Source: Balanoglossus misakiensis
Taxonomy: Eukaryota > Animalia > Hemichordata
DNA: 64,000 nt
Direction of reading: 5' to 3'
NCBI GenBank assembly: GCA_040954595.2
Contig: CM082594.2
Location: 6,592,840-6,656,839 of the forward strand
In this document: positions 39,638-64,000 of the stretch, one piece after another
Position numbering within the stretch: position 1 is the first letter of the stretch
How the letters are laid out: each line of letters opens with the position of its first letter
Made by a program: the position numbers and the translations under genes
The notes under the pieces: generated by a model
The model's database searches: none
What the model was told of the DNA's origin: nothing
What the model saw: the letters and a program-made list of their open reading frames with translations, nothing else

Positions 39638-41321
39638 CCAACAGTGTAGCGGAGAAAAATGGAATGATTGGAAGTTGGAATGGTGATAACCCGGAGTGTG
39701 CGTCAGTTTCCTATAAGTGTGACACCATATTTTTTTTTTACAAAATCTGAGTGATTTTATACACCGTTCAATTACTTTTATGTTAAAAGTGGTACATGGA
39801 TTTGATTATTACATACACATGTAAATCTGACAAAAGAAAAAAAAAAGCATTTATATTGTATGGCTAACTATTAAAACCACTTGCAAAACACATGATGACC
39901 CCACTATTGCCAAATTCAAAGCTAAGATGTTTTTTGTGTGAAAAAAGTAACCAATCTCTTGTTGAGAGAATAACTAACACTAGAAATACATTGTAGCTTT
40001 GCCAATGTCAACAATTCAAGCTGGACATAACTTCCATTATTTTGATGTCATTTTGTTGTTTCACAGAAAATGAACTGATTGTTAATAAACTGCCACATGT
40101 TGACATTTGCAATTTCTTAATAAATCAAAATATATATAAAAAATTAGTCTATCCAATTTTCATAAAATTGTGAATGTACAGTTTTATAAATGTTTAGTTT
40201 GATCACCAGCTTGAAAGGTTGAATTTTTGTAAAGCGCGAAAATGGCAATAATCTGTCATGACTGTTTTTCATTGTCTTGTCTATATTTCATAAATTGACG
40301 GCACGATTTTAATAGCCTTTTCTCTATTTACTAAACGCTTTGCCCTTTTAATGTAATGGGAGATGTAAATTGTAATTATTGAAAATTTATGTAAAATATT
40401 GTATAACTGGCAATTGTATTGTAGAGGACTTGGATCTATTATAGCAACAGTGTCAAAGGTATCATGTTTCCAGTGCCTTAGTACTCTGTTACATTAGAAA
40501 TCATTAACCAGGTATGCCTTACTAAGATTTTCTATAAAATATTCATATTTTTGACAGTTTATGAATGTTTCATGGGGACTAAGACAAGATTTTTTCATAC
40601 TGTGTAAAACTGTGACTTCTTTACTTTAATACATTCCTGGCTTATTTGTAATATTATATTTCTATTCAGTTTCATTGAAGTGTTTTTAATATTAGAGGAA
40701 AGGCTGAAGTAGTTTAACCCCTAAAAATTATGATGTTAATCCTGCTACCCCCACTGGGTAATTAGAAGCTGAACAGTCCACTCGCTGTGGCCAGATGGAC
40801 TGCACCACATGAAATGGGTGATGACCATTGGCTGGTCTGAAATCACCCTCCCTGGCAGGGATTTTTGTTCCAATCCTGTGAAAATCAGGTTGGTTTCATA
40901 AAGGTCACATACAATTCTGGGGTACTGATTAAGCCGAGGGTTTCTTGTGTACTTACACAAAAGAAAGTGTGCCTTTGATTATTGTTTGCCCAGTATAATA
41001 TTTGCACCAGGCAAGCTTTCTACCATTTGTTTTTCATAGTCATTAAGAAAAGGGATACTCTTTGTCAACTCAAGACATACTGCATGTAAACTGTAATATG
41101 CAGAAAGCTCTTTGTGCAGAAGACTGAATTCAGTGGACAAAACATTATAATTACATGTATATATAATCACAACAATATGACCAAAAACTCAGCAGATCAG
41201 AGCTCTCTTAAATCGCAGAAGTGCTCACATTTACAAAGTGCTGATTACTAACCCAGGCCCCAAGTTCGAAGGCAGTAGCAATAATTTTAGCATTTGTACT
41301 CAAGAGGGCGCACTTTTGGGG

Positions 41322-41513
41322 TTAAAGGTATACAGTCACCTCCAATTTACATACGCCCATATATGGCTGAAATAGCGTATTTGAGCGTTCTAAAAACATA
41401 TGGTGGCGCTCTTTTTTTTGCGTGTGCCACCCACTGAAAATCTGTGATTGGCTAGATCTCATTTTGCCATGGTAACTATAGCTAATTTTCAATGGGTGAC
41501 CGTATATCTTTAA
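41322..41513. mobile_element. Family A MITE, copy 4 (longest, opposite orientation)
   Basis: TTAA-AGGTATACAGTCACC ... GGTGACCGTATATCT-TTAA, with internal segments shared with the other three copies. Confidence 0.8.
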
Positions 41514-44500
41514 CGTGACATGTACATGTGGTCAGATTTCTAGAGCTCAACGTTTAGATGCATGTACCACAAGAACTATTTCTGGTTGATGGGTTCTGCT
41601 CTAAAATCAGACCAACATCACAATGCCTATGCAGTTACTTTTATTATAAATTAATAAATAATGTTAAACTGAAAAAAAAATCAGCTTTTCAATGACATTA
41701 TACTGCAATGTTTGTAGTGAGAAAATGTTAAACCTAAAGTTTAATACGTGTACTTACCATGATGTACACTGGGCTTTGGGTCAGTTTCATACGGTTCGCC
41801 AACTTTTCCAATATACAGTTGTGGAATAGTTGATTTGAAAACAAGAGTCGCTGCCTGTTCCTACTTTGCTACAGTCACGGTAGCTAACTTTTGGGACACG
41901 GGACAGGATGCATCAAATTTACGCTCACGCTCTCCCGTGTAAAATGTCTAGAACACACTCAAAAATAGGCGACCGACTTCCTTCACTGCACGAGTTTACC
42001 TACATCTTCCGTGACTTGGAAATTTTCCGCGAAGTTGGGCACACATCCAGGGGTGGTTAACCAAATTCCTCTTGGCAGGGGCGTTAATCCGAGCGTCTTA
42101 CAAGTGATAGCTAACAAAACTTCACAGCAGACGACACATCAAGCCAGACGACAAAAAATGCAAATTACTTAGTACGTCATTTGATGTGCGCCCTCTACCA
42201 ACGAAACATCTGTAAACTTTCTTTTCAGTGACTACCCATCCGGGCATAGATTATTACCTAGCGTAAAAGCCCTGCAGTATTTAAGAGGCTGTAATTTTCA
42301 TAAATTTTACTACAAATATAGCAGTGATCCAATATGTCTTTTTAGTTTTAGTATTCTTAAAGTTATAACAAGCATTTATTGTCTTGTACTGTACAGGTTT
42401 TGTCTCTTGGGACAGTGTGATCGTGGGCGAATGAGAAAATTATTGCGTACAGACAAAAGAGATGATATTTTCAAAATGGTCGCATATTTTCTGAACGCAC
42501 CATTAATTTGTATTAAACCTATATTCACCATATATGTACATTGTAACATTTTAAGCTGAGTACAAATATTGGTAGTGTCACGTTTTGCTAACTGTGGTCT
42601 AACACAGAAATATGACCCATGAATTCTGGGGCACCCATTGGCAATAATTGCCATGAAACTGTTTCATGTTAGTACTTTGTTTTGCTAAATTTGGTGCTTA
42701 TGGAAACAAATAGTCTGCACACCGTACGTGCATGGTATTATAAAAGCTAAGTAATTTCAGAGTGAAACATTTGTTCTTATGTGAAGAATAGGCAAGTTGT
42801 ACGGATTGGATACTGAATTAAAAACAAAAGAATTGCATGGCTGTGCCACTGTATATTTGGGTAGACTTGTACAACTTTGTTTTGTTTTTCAACAAATTCA
42901 GTGGCTGTGCCACTAAGTTATAACAATAAAAGATCTTGGTGTACATGAAGAAGGAGTTTTTTTTTTACTTTATCTGGCTTTGATAAATGTCATTTCTTCA
43001 TATATATATATCTCATTATCTGTCAATATAGCCGAATATATATGCTGATACATGTATATTATAATTATGGCTTCTTGTTGATATTTTGTGTATCCTCAAT
43101 TTTTTATTAAACGAGATTATATCTTTCACAGTGAAAGACCAACGCTTGATGAAATAGAAATAAAAGAGAATTATAAGTATAAAAAATGTAATTGTTTTTA
43201 TAGCTAGTTGTCATATCTTTTTGCAGGGTTGCCATTAAAAAGTAAAGTAATGCGAACGAAGGCGATCATCGAGCGGAAAATCTGCATTGGAGAGCGCCAC
43301 CAAGGTACAAAGCATGCCACCTTTTGTTTTGCCAACGCAAGGACACACTATACATTTTTTTGAAAGTACAATGTGCTTTTCACCGTTTACAAGTTGCAGT
43401 GTTTTTCAAAGCATCGACTTGACTACTGTTCGTTGACTGCCAGTAATTAAAACCTATCCCAATCGATTTAATTCTCTCACGCATTGCACTGCATTGATAA
43501 CATTATAAGGGTATCCACAACAAGTAGGAATCTAGGCACGACTTCCCCCCGCGAAGTAACTTGAATGCTGACAATTTAAAATACCGAAGCAATACACACA
43601 TATAAACAACGTTAACGTTGTTATGAGATACACGCGATTGAACCTTTCAATTTACAGGGTTTCTTTTCGTTTTGGAAATCGATAATCTAACACTAATTAC
43701 GCCAGCACTGTGCAAAGGGAGCTTTGTCGAAACTATTATGATATCAATATTAAGCGTAAAAGTATAATTCAAAATAGTAAAATGAGATTGGTAACGGTAT
43801 GTTTTTCTTTCACAAATATAGATGTGTTGGTCGAAAAACTATTTTTATCTATCTCTGAACACATTAACAATAATAAAGGCTTTTCATTTTTTATGAAAGT
43901 GTGAGTACTCAAGTATATTTTATTCATTTTTGAAGTCCTTCTGTTTCAATACGAGACCTTTATTCCGACGGTGCGAATGAACTGTAAACGGACGTGTGGA
44001 ATATAAAGCTCCCCAGCTAGCTATAGAAACTCATAAATATGCTATTTCTACATCTGTCAAAAAAGACATGCGAGTATCTGTTGCAAAGGTTGCCCACGCA
44101 CTGTTAATGCAACACGGTTCGGGTCAGTTGGGGTCAGACAAACAAGACATATTTTCTGCAGGGCCTCCTGACGTAATTAGCTGGTCTACTATTTACACCC
44201 AGCTAATTAATTGCCAAGCGTCGATGAAAAACATAACACGTCTGCCCCCGCGAAAAACGTCAATTCTTCATAAAAATAAGTGATGCGTACACTTCAATTC
44301 GACATTTTAAAATGTTCATTGTACTTAAAGGTAAAATCTAAAAAGTGGGTATTATTTTTAGTAAATGAATTAGAGCAGATCGGATTCACATAACGGATGT
44401 ATTTGATGAAAAAATAATCTTTCATGGCGAATGCGTTCGTTGTAAGGAATGTTTTAACGCTACAATTCTATGAATGCTATATATTCCAACTGAAATTGCC

Positions 44501-47008
44501 TGAATGCAAATGACGGGGGCGAATATTAAAATACTGTCAACAGAGATCGTAAAATAATACTGAAACTATTGAAGCTCAAATGAAACATGGAAAGATGTTT
44601 GAATTTATACTTAACGACTTCCATTAAGTTAGTAATTACATCAGTTTCTTAATCTAGTTGCTAAAGCATGTTTAAATGCCAAATATTCAGCTTGTCAGCC
44701 AAGAATACTCATATCTCGCGAGCCAGAGTCATTCACCTCGCAGAAACTGTTGCCGTAAAGAAGTTGTGCTTTACGACGTAGCTTTTTTTCTTATCTAGCT
44801 TATAAGTGGTCACGAATTTCAAACTTGACCAAATAACAACAGCCGTCAGGATTATCGCGTTTTCACTGAACCCGGGGGCATTTTAATATGAGCCAGGGTA
44901 CCTTCAACCTTATCGGTCTCGAAACATCGAGGGGGAAAAGCTCAAATATTCTGTAAGCTAAACGACTCCCTTGGTATTAATCTCAGAACACATATCATCA
45001 GTATTCATTTTCTAATTAAATTATTTATACGTTTTACAGACTTGGTACAGTGAACATGATAAGGTCACCACCGATGCGGGCGTATGTTAAACCAATATAA
45101 TCTCTGTGCGGTTCAGATAAACCAAATATCTCTCCCGGATGGTTTAAAACACATAGGGGAGAAATTATTAAGTAATGTTTTCAAAGACAGAAAAAAACAA
45201 CCAACAATTCCTACACGGTATGTAACTCTAAGCACACTCATTTCCTACACTTAAAGTTAGCTTTTAGTGTCATAGCAGACTAGACAATGTGCGCTTTGAA
45301 CTTGAAGTTCAAGACACCTGCCTAAAACTGAAAGTCCAAAAGTTGACATTTCTTGGTAATACCCATTGAAGCATTTTGACAAACACAAATGTGACTTTTT
45401 TCGCTTTGAGGCGAACGAACTTCTTAAGTCATATTGCAGTGGTTGTATTTTTACAACATGAAGTAAGTGCCCGTATGCTGGTCAAGAAAATAAATCACGT
45501 GTGCTAAAATGGTATTTACTTTTAAAAACCTTGTGCATGCCAACAGTCAATTTGTACGTGTCATTCGATTATGGACAGCATGATACTTTTTCATTGTCAT
45601 GCTGGTCACGTGGTTTCCACATCGCCGGATATTAGTCACAACCTTGTGAATGACGTCACAGCGGAAAGATCGTAAAGTCATTACTGATGTCGTATTTAAG
45701 CAGGATCTTGACATTTGCAACATTAATTTTGATAGATGTATAGAAATAAGTGCACATTTAACCGAAATATTCTACCTTTTTTACCATTGCCCCGAAAACA
45801 GGTTAATGTGTCAAACAACGCCTAAAATTTCACGACCATCTATTAATAAAGAAGTATTTCACTTATTAAACACTTTTTCCTATCATAATAATTCTAGCAT
45901 CTGCACTCTATGTCAAAAAGGTTTGTTATGTAACGCGGGTGACGGAGAAATTCAGTCTTACTCCGTTTGACGACAGAACCTTTCGATGTGTCGAGAGCTT
46001 TACACAGACGGGGAAAAGTTTGATAAACACTCGCGCGTGCCAGGCGTCTGGGCATTAAGAATTAATTATAGCAAATTCACGTCAATCGAAATGGGACAAG
46101 AATAATAGAAATATAGCTGGCATCTCAGCACGATGACACTCGCCTACGCACTGTCACGTTATTGAATGGCAGAACTTTAATGTCACTGAGCAATTTCTCA
46201 AAAATGATTATGTTTCTTAATAACTGTATCATGCATTGATGTTAACACAATCGTATGACAAGAACACTGAAAACCACCTGAAAGGATCATTATAATATAA
46301 ATCGATTTGATATCTATTCAAGACCAGGGAATAAATGATAATGGTTTGTAAGCTCATGATGGACCTCTGAACGCAGTGTTGGCCAACTTTGCCGAGTACT
46401 GGAGAAGTAATTTTAAGTTAGTTGGAACAACATGTAACATTATGTGTGACTACACCTTGCAAACTCTCCCACCTCCCCTTTTTATAAAGAATGTCACAGT
46501 ATTTACACCTATACTCCAGACTTGTTCGTGATTTTTTTCTGGAATGAATAATATATCATCAGTTTTTCTGATAATATGTACCCGTAAGCTTATCTCTTTA
46601 TGTAAATCTTATCCCGGCTCTTTCGCTTTGTGATTCTCTTTCTCATGAAAAACAGCCACAAATCAAACAGAATTTATACGTACATGTATATCCAGAGTAT
46701 TTAGAGAAAATATTGATTATTTTAATGGAAAAGCTTAATCATGAAACATAATAATTATGAGTTATGAAACAAGTGAAAATTAATTTTCCACGAAACCGCC
46801 TACACTTCGTCCAGTGTCTGTGTTTGCCGTGACAGATGGAGGTCGAGAGGCAGCACAAAGTGAACGCCAAATGCGTGTATGAGTTCTGATTATCGACGCT
46901 TAATGACGTCATTAAACTTTAATCATTTGGATTTGCATATAATTAATCAAGAGCAGGCGTCAACTACAAAGTCATGGTTGACAGCGCCCAGCTCAGTCGA
47001 CGTCAGAC

Positions 47009-47034
47009 CATAGACCCTTTCTCTAGGGTCTAGG
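47009..47034. mobile_element. 26-bp palindromic insertion with 7-bp TSD (transposon footprint)
   Basis: GTCAGAC [CATAGACCCT ttctct AGGGTCTAGG] GTCAGAC. Confidence 0.65.
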
Positions 47035-47949
47035 GTCAGACGGAGGGTGCGTAACAATGGATAAGGTCATAAAATAATGAATGGGGCAATTTGACGGTCC
47101 GTTAAAGAGAATGGAACATTGGCAGGTGGGTGGGGTGGGTAGGGGTGTGGGGCTAATGTAGCAGGCGAGGAAAATCCTCGGTCAAACTTGCGGATATTTC
47201 CGACTGAAAAAACTGTGTGATAAAATAAGACCGCGCGAATAGTTGAAATTATTATGGTATATGCCATTATTTGATACCTTGCCGTAGTCTGCCTACATAC
47301 AGACAAACGAATACACGCGGGAGATCACAATACACACGTAGTGTATGCACACATTATTCATTTAAAATGCCTCTGTAACCCAAGTGCCCCTTTAATGATG
47401 TAAATGAGCCGTTTTCCTGGTTATTGTGCTGTCTTTGAGAATGAACGTGCAGTGCAGCATTGCTTTTCAAACAGACGACAGAATTTCGAACATTTGTGTT
47501 GTGTTTGAAAAGAAAAAAAATCTATCCCATTGAACATGTTCTGGTGTATTATTTCAGCCTTCTATTAACTGTACACGCGGTCTGAGTAATATCTTAATCA
47601 GTTTGTAGCTGAAATTGAAAATAAAAGAAATCCATGTATTTGCAAATTTTAAAGCAAACGGAAAGCGATCGGCAGACAAAAGAATATTCCACGTATCATT
47701 CACGTGTAGGGGTGTACATCGACTATTGCTGAGGGACAATAGAGAGGAGTTGCGCAGTATCTACAGAGCGAGTGTGGTCTTATGAAATTCTTCTTTTGTT
47801 CTTTTAAAAGGTCATCCTTTTTAGAATGATTCTTGAATCACTAACGATCTGTCTTTGAAACGTCAGAGCTCCATAGGTGACCCTCGAAGGGTTTCGACTT
47901 CAAACCTGTGCATGTACCTGTAACCAAGATCATCTTGAAATGGAACACG

Positions 47950-48030
47950 TCTTCCGATGTCGCCATGGCAACTGCGCTAAGGGGCTCGATCTGCGTCACG
48001 GCTTGCTCATGACATCATTTCTAGTATACT
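47950..48030 (+). promoter_or_regulatory. Proximal promoter of the acidic secreted gene: RFX X-box plus CRE-like sites
   Basis: GTCGCCATGGCAAC (X-box, 47959-47972), TGCGTCA (47992-47998) and TGACATCA (48010-48017), lying 130-190 bp upstream of the ATG at 48146 in CpG-rich DNA. Confidence 0.55.
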
Positions 48031-48145
48031 CGACTAAAAAAGTAGTCTGCCGCAGCAAAAAGACCAGAATTGCCTCGCATCTCACACTGCGTGGGAGCCT
48101 CCTCTCTCGTTCTCCAATTATCCTCGCGCCGATTTGGCGGGAAAG

Positions 48146-62940
<14,795 letters not shown>

Positions 62941-64000
62941 GTGAGTTATTATCATATACATTCTCTCTCCACACCTTTTCTAAAATTCATTGCGTCATTC
63001 TTTAATTTTTGGGGACAATTGAAAGCGTTCATTTACCAATGCAAATTCGATCACGTGTCACTATGATCGTTTGCTCATGAAATTATCGATCTGTAGCAAT
63101 GGGAAAATTTAATTACTAATAGCTGAACGGAAAATAACCCACAATCAGTATTTCCTGAAAAAATGGTAAGCAGTTGATTTTATATTTATATCTAAAATAG
63201 TACCAATCACGTTAAATGTCGCCGATAAATATTCATATCAGGGATTTCTGAGTTTGTTCGTGTTGTTGGCAGTGTGTGTGTAAAAGTGTGGTTATTAAGC
63301 ATGCAACAGCATACGATGCCTTATTTATGGACCGGTAATCTGTCGTCTCCGATGACACAATGACGTCATAACCTGACAAGCACAAATCCCAAGCGTTATC
63401 AATTATTCACAGAAAGCGATATGGCTTGTTTTCAGTGACATCAGGAAGCCGCGTTTGACACAGCACGCAACAATCCCAAGATTACTTTTTCTTTCTCATT
63501 TTTGTTCAACAAAATCGCATAAAATATAGATTTTCTGTATTGTAGTGTGTCGGCCGATTTCGAGCTTTGCACTTTGTCGTCACTGCGTCCGTTGAGTTAA
63601 TTTGAAGATGACGCATGAGGCAAATATTATTAATGATTCATTGTTTCAACATAAGGACTGAAGTAAATATTTCGGAAAACTTCACAAATTGAGTAGCAGG
63701 TGCTGTGAATCCCATATCTTATCTATTTTATTTAAGGTGGCTGGGTACAGTGAGTACATTTGTCGTCACAGATATCAAACCTCATTAATTTACATATGCC
63801 GCTAGGTCCGTTCTGTTCTACTTTCAGTGACGGGGTCTATAGCTATACTGAGGCCATTGCAAACACAAACGTTCCCCCCACGTATGTGATACAATGTACA
63901 GTGATGCAAGGGGCGGCCTGTTCTGAAAGTATCATTGAAAAAGGGAATTGAAAAAAGCGCCCCCGTCGCTACATATGATACTATATATCAGACTCCTGTG

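Noticed and set aside
42360-42935. Possible degraded non-autonomous transposon
   Set aside because: It has repeat-like texture and a repeated TGGCTGTGCCACT, but I could not define termini or a TSD.

Overview
This is AT-rich, intron-containing animal genomic DNA, not prokaryotic; an invertebrate deuterostome such as a hemichordate is plausible, but that is an inference. I spliced four genes by hand with phase-consistent exons. (1) An NR1F/ROR-HR3 nuclear receptor (+, 5283-17169), with its first coding exon unresolved. (2) Centrosomal POC5 (-, 30978-27138). (3) A PSTPIP1-like F-BAR/SH3 gene (+, 31836-39637), head-to-head with POC5 on a CpG-rich bidirectional promoter. (4) An unnamed secreted, extremely acidic protein (+, 48146 to at least 62940) with a signal peptide, a two-Cys loop, a KR cleavage site and 52 consecutive Asp, in a region rich in CRE palindromes. 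Several small DNA-transposon families are present (TTAA-flanked MITEs, and CANRG-ended foldbacks or footprints with 7-8 bp TSDs). The best leads are the granin-like or biomineral-like acidic protein and a reciprocal His/Tyr swap in the ROR activation lock. Most ORFs in the supplied track are spurious or are exon fragments.
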